Translations under genes and position numbers: made by a program
From: an uncultured Candidatus Saccharibacteria bacterium
Lineage (GTDB): Bacteria > Patescibacteriota > UBA1384 > XYA2-FULL-43-10 > 1-14-0-10-43-13
Length of the DNA stretch: 64,000 bases
Assembly (NCBI GenBank): GCA_964628585.1
Contig: CAZVMH010000002.1
Span: forward strand, 33,751-97,750
Direction of reading: 5' to 3'
The notes under the pieces: model-generated
Seen by the model: the letters and a program-made list of their open reading frames with translations, nothing else
Database searches by the model: none
Told to the model about the DNA's origin: nothing
Shown: one piece after another, positions 9,262 to 19,244 of the stretch
How the letters are laid out: every line of letters begins with the position of its first letter
Position numbering within the stretch: position 1 is the first letter of the stretch

Positions 9262-9883
9262 GTTATTAGTTTTTGTTTTTGGTTTGTTATCTGTGACATC
9301 TTTTGCCACAAATGCTTATTATGGTGACCAAGCGACAGTTTCTGGCAATGAATTCTCCACAGGCACTTGGAGCCTCCCAGAAGCAAGGGTAGTAATGAAT
9401 GAAGTTTACTACGATGTTGATGATGTGCATGGTGGCATGGAAGACGAATGGATTGAGCTTTATAATGCTGGAAATGCTTCAATCAACATTAAAGATTGGT
9501 ATTTAGAAGACAATATGGGTTATTCCGATAGAGAAGTTATTAATCAAAATTATATTATTGAACCTGGTCAGTTTGTTCTGCTTTCAGCCAATGCTAGTAT
9601 CTGGAATCAGTATTGGGGAATTGTACCAGAAAATGCAGTAAAAATTGCTTTAGGTGGAACGAGAATATTTTCTGGTCTTGGAAATAATGGGGACAGAGTA
9701 ATTCTTAAAAATGATTCAGGTCTCATTATTGACCAACTAAGTTATGGAACCGATATAACTGTTTTTAACCCTTCAATTCCTGATGTGCAAAAAGGACATT
9801 CAATTTCTAGAAATCCAGCCGGATTCGATACCGATGTGGCGAGTGATTTTATTAACCTAACAATGCCAACGCCAGGAGCATAA
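9248..9883 (+). CDS. Secreted lamin-tail-domain (LTD) protein with SipW-cognate-class signal peptide
   Basis: N-terminus ...TNAYYGDQATVSGNEFSTGTW. LTD signature 'NEVYYDVDD...EWIELYNAGNASINIKDWYL...GQFVLL...GDRVILKNDSGLIIDQLSYG'. Confidence 0.7.
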   Translation: MKLLKLLVFVFGLLSVTSFATNAYYGDQATVSGNEFSTGTWSLPEARVVMNEVYYDVDDVHGGMEDEWIELYNAGNASINIKDWYLEDNMGYSDREVINQNYIIEPGQFVLLSANASIWNQYWGIVPENAVKIALGGTRIFSGLGNNGDRVILKNDSGLIIDQLSYGTDITVFNPSIPDVQKGHSISRNPAGFDTDVASDFINLTMPTPGA

Positions 9884-10849
9884 ATGAAACTATTATCAAT
9901 CAAAAACTTCTATACGGGGGTACTAATTCTGTTATGTTTATTTTTTGCTAATATCTCTACTGTTTCAGCACAAATCTTAAATGTTGGTAATTTGGATATT
10001 GAATACGAAGGAACGGGAGCACTTTTTAACGCTACTAATATTTATCCTGGATATAGTGAAATTAAAACTATATCAGTAAAAAATACTGGACGAGTGGCTC
10101 ATTCTTTTTCTATTGCCGTTACAGGAGAATTGGGGGGACTAGCCAATGTTCTGCAGATTGAACCGAGAAATTTTGAGACAGGTGCACCCATTTGGAATAA
10201 AACAATAAGCAATATTGCTAAAGCGCCCAGTTCAGATGTGATTTTGGGTTCAATCGCTCCGAACGAAACAAGAAAGGTTAGCATTGTAGCGATTTTGCCC
10301 GAAAGCGTTGGTAATGAGTATCAGGACAGCACTACTTTTGCTTTTGATTTTGTAGTTGGGAATGAAAGTACAGACCAAAAAGAACCAAGTGAAAGTTCTG
10401 GTTCTGCGTCTGTCATAACAACATCAATAGATATTAAAAATGTTTTTACTTTAGGTCCAGCACCAATCTCTAGTAATGAAGTTGTAAAAACCGATACTCC
10501 AGAAGTGGCAACAAGCTCACAGACAGATATTGTTGAATTGGCATCGGCCAATAATGAGGGTAAAACGGAAGGTGCTACAATAGACAATAAGCCGGTTTGT
10601 TTTTGGTGGTGGGTCTTACTAGCTCTTTTGGCGGTGGTCTTAATAATATATGGGGTGATAGTTCGAAATTGCAAAAATTGGTTTTTCTTGTTCTGGCCAG
10701 TTTTCTTTGGTGCCACTACTTATGTGGTTCACTGGATTTTCCACGATTATTACAATCCTTCAAAGTGGTGTAATTGGTGGTTTATTGTCATACTTTTAGC
10801 AGAGCTTGTTATATACTATATAGTTAGGAGCAGAAGAGAAGAAGATTAA
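9884..10849 (+). CDS. TasA-like secreted protein with a C-terminal Trp/Cys-rich double-TM anchor
   Basis: Signal peptide; beta-rich domain similar to the upstream cargo proteins. C-terminus CFWWWVLLALLAVV...KWCNWWFIVILLAELVIYYIVRSRREED. Confidence 0.55.
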   Translation: MKLLSIKNFYTGVLILLCLFFANISTVSAQILNVGNLDIEYEGTGALFNATNIYPGYSEIKTISVKNTGRVAHSFSIAVTGELGGLANVLQIEPRNFETGAPIWNKTISNIAKAPSSDVILGSIAPNETRKVSIVAILPESVGNEYQDSTTFAFDFVVGNESTDQKEPSESSGSASVITTSIDIKNVFTLGPAPISSNEVVKTDTPEVATSSQTDIVELASANNEGKTEGATIDNKPVCFWWWVLLALLAVVLIIYGVIVRNCKNWFFLFWPVFFGATTYVVHWIFHDYYNPSKWCNWWFIVILLAELVIYYIVRSRREED

Positions 10850-10863
10850 ATTGGTTATATTCG

Positions 10864-10892
10864 AAAAAAGACCCATTAGTCGGGTCTTTTTT
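10864..10892. terminator. Bidirectional terminator (A6-AGACCC-loop-GGGTCT-T6) between convergent genes
   Basis: Hairpin flanked by an A-run and a T-run. Confidence 0.75.
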
Positions 10893-10907
10893 CATTTATT
10901 TAAATAT

Positions 10908-12587
10908 TTACTTTATCAACAGCCCGCCCCATTCAACTGCTGTGAATCCAGTTCTCTTCTGGGTGGTTAGAGTTTGAGGTTTAATATCGTATGGTGTGTT
11001 CAAACCTTTGAAATCAAGAAATACTCTAATAGTAGTATCTGGCTTTGGGCTAATGGAAAGGGGAGCGAGTCTGTTCATTTGCTCTGTACCAAACCAAGTT
11101 AGACGAACAAATGGAGTAGTTGGCATTTTAGGAAGCCAGAACTCCATAAAGTCAGCCGATTCTTTTTGGTTCAAACCCAATTTAGCTAAATGATCTTTTA
11201 GCGTTGAAGCAATGTCTTCTTTTTTAACAATAAATCCGGCATCTATATTTGGATAAAGGCCCTGTCCCTGTCCTTCCCAGAAAAGATAGGGGAAGGTCTT
11301 ACCATCAACTGTCAACTGTCCGTTTGGCTTTGCAATTGCGGTCCATCCATCGTTATAAATTGGATCGCTTTTGGTAATATCGGCACCAACTTTAACAGTA
11401 ACCCTGGTTTTTTTTGTGGGGTAAAGGTAAACAACTGGCTTGCCACATTCAGCCAGAGCGCCGTAGTTAGTATTTAAATACAAGTTATAATCGCCAAAAG
11501 AATCTTTCCAAACAGTGACTGGGTTTTTGGCCCAAAATGCGTCGATAGCCAGAACGTTTGATTCTCGTCCTACAGAATAAAAACCGTGGAGAGATTTAAA
11601 AAGAGCTGAAGTCGCATCTTTAAAAGTGTAAATTTTATCTCCATTTGAAGCGGTGCCATTTTCTTTTAATAAACTTACAACGGCTTTGGCATCTGCCACA
11701 ATTGAGTTACCACCACGTATTCCACAGGAAGCGCTCATATGTTTTACGGTCGCATCTTTATTAACCGTACCATCGGCAAAGGTAAAAGCAGGAATACCGT
11801 TGTCTGACATAAAAGGCTCTTTGGCGCTATAACTGGTAACCGTACCATCGGCGTGTTTAAGATAAAGAGTTCTAGTAACTACAGCTGGATTGTCTTTATC
11901 TTCAACGGAAGTTGTTCTGTAAATATAGCCATAAACTGTCTCGGCTACTTTGGTTGGGGCTGAAAGTAATGAATAAAAATCTTCTGTCCAACCTTTAGTA
12001 AAGTTTATGCCATCGGGCGTTGAAACGATATCGGGAGAACTAATCGAACCATAAACTGTAGTAGCATCAATTTCAGCGTTCTGAATTATGTCGGCTGCTT
12101 CAGTAGCGCTGACAGAGGAATTTTTTGCTAGATAATAATATTTTCCAGCTGTGTCTTTGCGAAATCGAAGCATCGCCAAATCTCCCATACCATATGGTGT
12201 TCTTACTAGAATAATAGAGCCCCCTCCAGAGATGGTAGCAATGTTATAATATTTCGTATCACTTTCAGATGCCATTCCATTGGCGTCTGCTTTGATTAAA
12301 TTTAAACTAGCAATTTCAGTAGGGTCGTTCCATGTCACGCCAGCATCAACAATCAATTTTGCCGTGCTTATTGTTGTGGTTGTAACTGGTTTGGTTGTGG
12401 CGGTTGTGGTAGTGGGGATCGTGGTGGTTATTTCCAGGGGTTTTGAATTTTTCCAATAATAATAACCGTTAACTCCAGCCAAAATAATCATTATTGGGAT
12501 ATAAATCCAGCGGAATACCTTAGTTGCCCTATCTACTCCTTTTTTCGGATTTTTTACCTCAATCTCTTCTGTTTGCTCTTCGTTCAT
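10908..12587 (-). CDS. Hypothetical membrane-anchored extracellular protein with a Thr-rich stalk
   Basis: N-terminal TM (IYIPIMIILAGVNGYYYW) and a TTTIPTTTTATTKPVTTTTIST linker; no recognisable catalytic motif. Confidence 0.5.
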   Translation of the reverse strand: MNEEQTEEIEVKNPKKGVDRATKVFRWIYIPIMIILAGVNGYYYWKNSKPLEITTTIPTTTTATTKPVTTTTISTAKLIVDAGVTWNDPTEIASLNLIKADANGMASESDTKYYNIATISGGGSIILVRTPYGMGDLAMLRFRKDTAGKYYYLAKNSSVSATEAADIIQNAEIDATTVYGSISSPDIVSTPDGINFTKGWTEDFYSLLSAPTKVAETVYGYIYRTTSVEDKDNPAVVTRTLYLKHADGTVTSYSAKEPFMSDNGIPAFTFADGTVNKDATVKHMSASCGIRGGNSIVADAKAVVSLLKENGTASNGDKIYTFKDATSALFKSLHGFYSVGRESNVLAIDAFWAKNPVTVWKDSFGDYNLYLNTNYGALAECGKPVVYLYPTKKTRVTVKVGADITKSDPIYNDGWTAIAKPNGQLTVDGKTFPYLFWEGQGQGLYPNIDAGFIVKKEDIASTLKDHLAKLGLNQKESADFMEFWLPKMPTTPFVRLTWFGTEQMNRLAPLSISPKPDTTIRVFLDFKGLNTPYDIKPQTLTTQKRTGFTAVEWGGLLIK

Positions 12588-12616
12588 TTACCCCTCCTAG
12601 ATCAAATGTTATAAAA

Positions 12617-14335
12617 TTAATAGCTTATAGTCATTTTATCATATTCAATTTTTATTTTCTCGTTCTGGTCGATGTCTTTTAATATTGTGTCAAGAACTTT
12701 TTGTTTAGCTGTACCAGTTTGAAGTTGGGGTTTAGTATCTTTTTGAATTGTGGGAAGAACAATTAGTTCCAATTTATCTGCCGTAAACTTACCAGCCACA
12801 ATTAAGCCTTGTTGTGTTTCAGGAGAAAAATATTGATCAAAAAGTAGATTGCCCAAAGAATAAACAATCGGGACATTTTTGTAAATTTCGATATCTTGGA
12901 CAACATGAGGATGTGAACCAATAATTAAATCAGCACCGGCATCTATCCAGCTTTCAGCCAAGTTTTCTTGCGCTTGTGAATGAGTTTGTTCATATTCATT
13001 GCCCCAGTGAGGATAAATAACTACTTTGTTGCCTTTTTTCTTTTCGGTTTTTATTAAATTAAGATCTAAGTCGGTATTTAAAGTGTCAATGGTTATAATG
13101 GAGGCCTTAATCCCATTGCCAGAAAATTCTTTAATTGAGTCAGCATCAACTCTGGCGTCTTGACCAATAGGGGCGATATCATTCTTTTTCAATAAATCAA
13201 CAGTGTAGCTCAAACCTTTCTGTCCGTTGTTAAGAGTGTGATTATTGGCTAGACTAACTGCGTTCAGATGCATCCACTTTAAAACATCAATAGTTTTTGG
13301 AGGGAAATTGAAAACTAAACTGTGATTATAATCGGGTTCTCTCGGCACAGAGCTAATTGGTCCCTCTAAGTTAACTATCTTAAGATCTGTTCCCCAAAAA
13401 GTTCTTTCACCTAGATTTTTCATAACATCCATTAATTTTTCACCCTGGAAAAAGTATTCAATTCCTCGATCAAACATCATATCGCCACCAAAAGTAAGAG
13501 AAAAGGATTGTTCAGATGTTGATTTATTGCCTTTTTCATATAAACCCATCACATGAGTGGTGGACTCGACATCAAAATTATTACTCAAAAAACCTGAATT
13601 GGTATTGGCAAAAAGAGAAAATTTTTCTGTTTTCTCTAATTTAGCCCAAGAAAGGGCTACATTCAGAACTTCAGGCGAATCCGTTTCGGCGAGTAAAATA
13701 TTATTTATATCTAAATTATTAAGTGCAGAAATTGTAAAATCGTCATGAAGTTGAGCTAAATTGGCCGGTTGGTAATGCGAAAAATCGACAGAAGCAATAA
13801 AAAGAAGGTTTTCATTTTCTTTTTGCAAAGTAGAAATCAAATTATCAAGATCAGTTGTTTTTGTATTACTTTTAATTATTAGGGGCACGATATTAGCCTT
13901 AGGAAAAGTATTTTCAATGTCGGCCAAAATATTTTTAATGCCGTGTTCTCGTTCAAAAGCTGAATTTTCATTACAAGCAATTTTTTCTTCCACTAATTTG
14001 GTAATTATCGTTTTCTCGGCAGAAATCTTACTATCAGATAAATCCCAATCCTGATCAGTAGTCTCAATATTGCAGGATCCAGTTTGAAAATGATTTGTTG
14101 AAGCTAATACTATCGTTTTTGGATTCGTCTTGTCTTTAATCGATGCAAAAAATTCTGCTCTTTTGTCTTTTACTAGGTCGTGATGGGGGACTATTATAGT
14201 AGAGATGGTGGGTTTGCCCGCCACGAGCGGAGTTGAGGAGTTTTTAGAAACTGACCGACTGCAAAAATAGGCGATGGCGACTATTAAAGCTAAAAAGAAT
14301 ATTGCGATCCAAATTTTGGGGGAAGATTTTTTCAT
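12617..14335 (-). CDS. Fusion protein: N-terminal MEMO1/AmmeMemoRadiSam-B-like domain plus C-terminal CapA/PGA-capsule-synthesis metallophosphatase domain
   Basis: N-terminal TM. 'IIVPHHDLVKD...STNHF' in the N-terminal half. 'FGGDMMFDRGIEYF...LANNHTLNNGQKG...GSHPHVVQDIE...YSLGNLLFDQ' CapA-family motifs in the C-terminal half. Confidence 0.65.
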   Translation of the reverse strand: MKKSSPKIWIAIFFLALIVAIAYFCSRSVSKNSSTPLVAGKPTISTIIVPHHDLVKDKRAEFFASIKDKTNPKTIVLASTNHFQTGSCNIETTDQDWDLSDSKISAEKTIITKLVEEKIACNENSAFEREHGIKNILADIENTFPKANIVPLIIKSNTKTTDLDNLISTLQKENENLLFIASVDFSHYQPANLAQLHDDFTISALNNLDINNILLAETDSPEVLNVALSWAKLEKTEKFSLFANTNSGFLSNNFDVESTTHVMGLYEKGNKSTSEQSFSLTFGGDMMFDRGIEYFFQGEKLMDVMKNLGERTFWGTDLKIVNLEGPISSVPREPDYNHSLVFNFPPKTIDVLKWMHLNAVSLANNHTLNNGQKGLSYTVDLLKKNDIAPIGQDARVDADSIKEFSGNGIKASIITIDTLNTDLDLNLIKTEKKKGNKVVIYPHWGNEYEQTHSQAQENLAESWIDAGADLIIGSHPHVVQDIEIYKNVPIVYSLGNLLFDQYFSPETQQGLIVAGKFTADKLELIVLPTIQKDTKPQLQTGTAKQKVLDTILKDIDQNEKIKIEYDKMTISY

Positions 14336-14414
14336 ACAATCATTATATCAGAGAAAAGAAACTGTGGATAAGTAGTGTTCGTTATTTGTTCGGTATTGGC
14401 CTATACTATAGTAT

Positions 14415-15644
14415 ATGAGCAACATTAACACTCCTCCAAAAGACTATCAAGTACTTTTTCTAGACATGAATTCGTTTTTTGCTTCGGTTGAGCAACAGGT
14501 TCAACCAACTTTGCGAGGATTGCCACTTGGAGTGGCTCCATATACAGGGGATTCCGGTTGTATCATTGCTGCTTCAAAGGAAGCAAAGGCAATGGGCATA
14601 AAAATCGGTCGTATCAGTGAAGCCAAAATGCTCTGTCCAAAATTAAAAATCGTTGAATCACGCCCAGCACTATATATGCTTTATCATAAGGAGATTAAAA
14701 AAGTAATTGAAAGCTTTACGCCATATTTTACGCCTTTAAGCATTGATGAGTTTGCTCTCTTTCTAACGCCAAGAGAGCAAAATTATCAATCGGCTGCAGC
14801 GCTGGGTCGAGATTTAAAGTTAGCTATTAGAGAAAAAGTAGGGGATTTCCTAACCTGTTCAATTGGAATTGGGCCTTCAAAATTTTTAGCCAAAATGGCG
14901 GGGGAGCGGAAAAAGCCGGACGGCCTTACAGTAGTACGTTTATCGGACTTGCAAAACTTCTATACCAGCCTCAAGCTAACCGATATTACTGGGATAAATT
15001 GGCGAATGGAACAGGTTTTAAAAAATTTTTGCATCAACTCCCCTACTGATTTTTTTAATTGTTCAATGACAAGATTGCGAGAACTATTAAATCATCCAGG
15101 GCGAATGTGGTATTTTCGTCTTAGAGGATATGAAGTAGATGATTACTCTTCTCCCACTAAAACAGTTGGTCATTCACATGTTTTGCCACCACAATATCGG
15201 AGCAAGGAGGGGGCAGAGTCAGTTATCCACAGATTAATTTTTAAAACTGCTTCTCGTTTAAGGAAAGAAAATTTTTGGGCCGGCGGTGTTTCAGTAACAA
15301 TCGGATTTTGTGATCGAGGTGGTTTTTCTTTATCAAAAAAGACAGCTAGTTTTTGTGATACGAAAAGCTTAACTGATTATATTTTTCTACTATTAAAGAA
15401 CTGTCATTGGCAGAGCAGACCAATATATGTTAGCGTTTCAACTTTCAATTTAGCGCAGTTTTGTGGTAACCAAATCTCAATTTTTTCCGAAATTGAAAAG
15501 CAGAAATCAGTTTCTTTCGCCGTAGATAAAATTAATGACCAATATGGCTCTAATACAGTTTATTCCGCTTCAATGCACGGAGCACTAGAGAGCGCTCCTG
15601 ATCGCATTCCATTTGGCAGACCAAGATATGAAATATTACATTAG
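14415..15644 (+). CDS. dinB: Y-family DNA polymerase (DinB/Pol IV-like)
   Basis: 'FLDMNSFFASVEQ' palm motif matches the Y-family 'DMD.FFA.VE' signature; size and HhH region consistent. Confidence 0.7.
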   Translation: MSNINTPPKDYQVLFLDMNSFFASVEQQVQPTLRGLPLGVAPYTGDSGCIIAASKEAKAMGIKIGRISEAKMLCPKLKIVESRPALYMLYHKEIKKVIESFTPYFTPLSIDEFALFLTPREQNYQSAAALGRDLKLAIREKVGDFLTCSIGIGPSKFLAKMAGERKKPDGLTVVRLSDLQNFYTSLKLTDITGINWRMEQVLKNFCINSPTDFFNCSMTRLRELLNHPGRMWYFRLRGYEVDDYSSPTKTVGHSHVLPPQYRSKEGAESVIHRLIFKTASRLRKENFWAGGVSVTIGFCDRGGFSLSKKTASFCDTKSLTDYIFLLLKNCHWQSRPIYVSVSTFNLAQFCGNQISIFSEIEKQKSVSFAVDKINDQYGSNTVYSASMHGALESAPDRIPFGRPRYEILH

Positions 15645-15781
15645 TTTGTAAAGCATGAAGTTTATAAAATAAGTCATCAGTTACTTATTATTTGCGGAAT
15701 ATTGAATTGTTTAATATAATAGAACTAATGCACATTACACGCAATTTTTGCTGTATTTGAATCGCTATTTAAGTGAGGGAA

Positions 15782-17701
15782 ATGAAAAAATTGTCGTTGA
15801 CAGATATTCTAAAAACACGGACCAAGGTCAAGGTGATCGGCTTGCTTTTGGTATTTCTCTTAGCAACGCTGTGTTGGCAGTTTGTTATATCAAAAAATCC
15901 AAAAAAAAGTAGCGCTGCCACAACAATAAGTAGCAGCAAAATAGTTGGCTCTAGCAAGGAGTACGACGGTCAGGATTTAATTATCAGCGGAGCCTCGACA
16001 GTTGTTGTTCTTGACGGGGAACACAATTTTTCTTCGTTAACTATTGAAAACGGTGCTACTTTGACTCATACCACTGTTAGTCCCGAAGGCAAGATTAGTT
16101 ACAAGGATAAATTTGCTGTTCGTTGGACGGGGTACATTAAAGTGCCGATAAATACAGACTTAAGGATTGATACACACAGTGATGCTTATAACGATTTCCA
16201 ATTTGGGATAAAGGAAGTTGGCAACTCAGCATATTTAAAATCTACCCCTGGCTGGACGAAGGAGGCATATTCAACCGGTCATTTGGGCAATGCTACTGTA
16301 AAGATATACCAGATTGAGATAGACTATAAGCATCTTTTTCAAATGAAAAAATATTATTCAGAAGGGATAAAGCTTAGTTATCACGACAACGCCAACGGAA
16401 CGGTGCGTTTAGTTGAGGCAAGCATGCTTTGCCAGGACGCGAGTTGTAGCCAGACGGGGGGGCTGGCCGGAGAGTATTATGCATTTACAACTCTTGCGCT
16501 ACAAAATAGTGCGAACCCAATTGTTGATAGCAACGAACCATTTTCTAAATATGGTTGGTTGGTTAAAACTCGAACAGATGCTCAAGTAAATTTTGACTGG
16601 AGCGCTATTGCTCCGCTTGTTTTTGAAGAGGAGGGCGGGCTAAAATTAATGGTTACCAACGCGTTTAATTTAGACAGTGGCGGCAAAATCGACGTTTCAG
16701 GTAAGGGTTATGCTGGGGGAGATTTCAATGATTTGAATAGCAATAATAACTCTCCGGCGTACGGGCCCGGAGCCGGGCAGGGCCTGTATTTGAACCCTAC
16801 TCAACAAAAACCAGGAGATGGTTCCGGTGCCGGTTACGGGGGGGCTGGCTCGTTAGGAGATAGAGACAGGGACAATAATCCTGTAGGAGGCACATATCCT
16901 AATCCGTTTGATCAGTATACTACCTATCTTGATTATGGTTCTGGAGGAGGAGGAGGATATGATGGAGGACCTACAAATGAGTCCAAGGGTAGCGGCGGTA
17001 ATGGTGGTGGACTTGTTTATATTAAAGCTTCGGCCATAAGAATTCTATCTAACCAGTCATCTATTACCGCGGACGGACAGAGAAGCAATATTCATCTATG
17101 GGAAGATGATAACTGTGCCAGTGGTGGTGGCGGATCGGGTGGCACAATCTGGCTGGCCTCTAATAACATTAGTTTTCCAGCAGGAGGCTCTCCATTTAAC
17201 ATATTTGGAGCTTTTGGTGCGAAAGATGGGAGGGCAGAAGTAGGTTCTTTGTCAATTTTCGCCCAGATATCGAGTGATATCGTAAATCTTTCAGTTGCTG
17301 GGGGAAGGCCAGCCGATAGGAATGGTAACTTTTGTACTGGCGGTCAATGCGGTGGCGGTGGCGGTGGCGGAAGAATAATACTTGGTATCTACAATAATTA
17401 TAGTGTACAGAAATCCTTATCACCCATTAGCAGAACAGGTGTTAGTCCTGCTACAAATTTTAACCCTTACACTTTGCAAAAAGGGGACAAGATTGGAGTA
17501 ACACTTAAAATTGGAGGTAGTGCTACTAATTTAATTATAGATGACAACTGGTTAGCAACAAGTAATTTAACTCCGAATTATATTTGTGAACCGGTATCAG
17601 ATTCAGGTCCTCTTGATCCTCTTGCTTGGAATACCAATCCGTTAATTTGGAAGAGCATAAGTGGCGGTAGTGAAATTTATTACGAATGCATAGTAAAATA
17701 A
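15782..17701 (+). CDS. N-terminally anchored large surface protein: PA14 domain plus Gly-rich beta-solenoid-like repeats plus a conserved Cys-containing C-terminal domain
   Basis: TM VIGLLLVFLLATLCWQFVI. PA14 signature 'FAVRWTGYIKVP...LRIDTHSDAYNDFQFGI'. Repeats GSGGGGGYDGG, ASGGGGSGGTIW, GGQCGGGGGGGRIILG. The C-terminal ~110 aa are shared with 17711..19234. ATG 15782 preferred over GTG 15773 (RBS GAGGGAA). Confidence 0.65.
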   Translation: MKKLSLTDILKTRTKVKVIGLLLVFLLATLCWQFVISKNPKKSSAATTISSSKIVGSSKEYDGQDLIISGASTVVVLDGEHNFSSLTIENGATLTHTTVSPEGKISYKDKFAVRWTGYIKVPINTDLRIDTHSDAYNDFQFGIKEVGNSAYLKSTPGWTKEAYSTGHLGNATVKIYQIEIDYKHLFQMKKYYSEGIKLSYHDNANGTVRLVEASMLCQDASCSQTGGLAGEYYAFTTLALQNSANPIVDSNEPFSKYGWLVKTRTDAQVNFDWSAIAPLVFEEEGGLKLMVTNAFNLDSGGKIDVSGKGYAGGDFNDLNSNNNSPAYGPGAGQGLYLNPTQQKPGDGSGAGYGGAGSLGDRDRDNNPVGGTYPNPFDQYTTYLDYGSGGGGGYDGGPTNESKGSGGNGGGLVYIKASAIRILSNQSSITADGQRSNIHLWEDDNCASGGGGSGGTIWLASNNISFPAGGSPFNIFGAFGAKDGRAEVGSLSIFAQISSDIVNLSVAGGRPADRNGNFCTGGQCGGGGGGGRIILGIYNNYSVQKSLSPISRTGVSPATNFNPYTLQKGDKIGVTLKIGGSATNLIIDDNWLATSNLTPNYICEPVSDSGPLDPLAWNTNPLIWKSISGGSEIYYECIVK

Positions 17702-17710
17702 AGGATTAAT

Positions 17711-19234
17711 TTGTCAAAAATTTCATTCGGAAAAATACTTCAAAGGAAACAAAGAACAAAGGTAATAACTATAGTAATCACTACATTGCTTTTGGTTTTT
17801 ATAGGAGGCTATTTTATATCAAAAAGTCCAAGTTTAACTCATGCGGCCTCATACTATAATTCGGGGACAAATGTTTTGAATATTGATGATGTTTCTTGTA
17901 CAGCAACGCTAACTCTATATGGGGCAGGCGTTCCCAATGGAGGGACCGGTGATAGTGATGATTCTTTGCCACAAAGAATTGTAGTTACTGGCGGAACGTG
18001 TGGCACCATATCGACTGAAGTGAATGGGACCACTTTACCATCAAATGTTAGTGTTGTTATTGCCAATAAAGAAGTAAAGATGTTTACTAATCCTGGAGTC
18101 CCATTTCAAGCAAAGAATATTACTATTAATAATGGAGGTGTTTTAACTCACGACTTATTAATTGCTACAACCGATTTTAATCCTGCTGCACCAACATTTG
18201 CTTTGAATCTTAATGGTCAAAGAAAAAAAGTTGATTTGGATATTCTCTATACTGGTGCAGGAACGGGGAATTTAACTATTACAGGAAATGGAAAAATTAA
18301 CGTTGATGGTAAGGGCTACCCAGGGCGAGATGGTAGTGGATATGGGCCAGGATTTAGTCTTTCCAATAGTGGTTATAGCGGGGGTGCTGGTTATGGAGGG
18401 GCGGGAGGAGATGCTAAACAAAACGGAAGCATTGGTGGTGTTGCTTATCCCTCGATTGCGACTGCTTCACAATTAACAGAGTTATTGCCGGGATCAAGTT
18501 CCGGTTCTGATGATGGTGCTAACGGAGCGAGTGGAGGAGGAATTATACAACTTAGAATTGGGGGACAACTAACCATTGGCTTAAACGGTCTAATATCGTC
18601 AAATGGTAATAATGGATCAGATTTGTGGTTTAATCATGGAAGCGGAGGAGGATCGGGAGGAAGCATAAAGATAACTTTTTTGGCCAATCAAGTTCAATCG
18701 CCTAGTGTAAATGTAAGTTGGGGAGACAAAAGTGGCAACGGGCAAGACGGGGCTGCTGGTACGGTGTATATTAGCGGCGTTGTTCTAGCTGGTAATGCTC
18801 CTGACAGAATACAAGCCAAAGGCGGTGATGTTGCTGTTTTGTCCGATTCGGGTGGTGGTGGAGGCGGAAGGATTGCGCTTTTTGGTGTAGATTCTCCAGG
18901 CACTTTAAGTGCCAATATAACAAAAACATTAACAGCTGTTGAAAGAAATGGCTTGCCAGATACAAGTTTTAATCCTTATGCTTTGCAGAAGGGCGATAAA
19001 ATAAAAATCACTCTGACAGTATCGGGTATAAAAACATTTCCCTATATACTAGAAGATCCGTGGTTGAAAACAATAAACAATACTAAAATATGTACGCCAA
19101 TAAATGGTACGTATGCTGGATTGGGGAATCCATTTTTAGACACATCGGACTCTCAGAATAAAAAAATAGTCTGGACATTTATAAGCACGGACCCGTCTTC
19201 TCCAATTGTTGAATATCAATGTTTGGTTAATTAA
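17711..19234 (+). CDS. N-terminally anchored Gly-rich beta-solenoid-like surface protein; paralog of the upstream gene (shared C-terminal domain)
   Basis: TM VITIVITTLLLVFIGGYFI. Repeats GSGGGSGGSIKITF, SGGGGGGRIALFG. C-terminus 'FNPYALQKGDKIKITLTV...EYQCLVN' aligns with 'FNPYTLQKGDKIGVTLKI...YYECIVK' of the previous protein. TTG start with an AAGGA RBS. Confidence 0.6.
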   Translation: MSKISFGKILQRKQRTKVITIVITTLLLVFIGGYFISKSPSLTHAASYYNSGTNVLNIDDVSCTATLTLYGAGVPNGGTGDSDDSLPQRIVVTGGTCGTISTEVNGTTLPSNVSVVIANKEVKMFTNPGVPFQAKNITINNGGVLTHDLLIATTDFNPAAPTFALNLNGQRKKVDLDILYTGAGTGNLTITGNGKINVDGKGYPGRDGSGYGPGFSLSNSGYSGGAGYGGAGGDAKQNGSIGGVAYPSIATASQLTELLPGSSSGSDDGANGASGGGIIQLRIGGQLTIGLNGLISSNGNNGSDLWFNHGSGGGSGGSIKITFLANQVQSPSVNVSWGDKSGNGQDGAAGTVYISGVVLAGNAPDRIQAKGGDVAVLSDSGGGGGGRIALFGVDSPGTLSANITKTLTAVERNGLPDTSFNPYALQKGDKIKITLTVSGIKTFPYILEDPWLKTINNTKICTPINGTYAGLGNPFLDTSDSQNKKIVWTFISTDPSSPIVEYQCLVN

Positions 19235-19244
19235 AGAAGAAACA

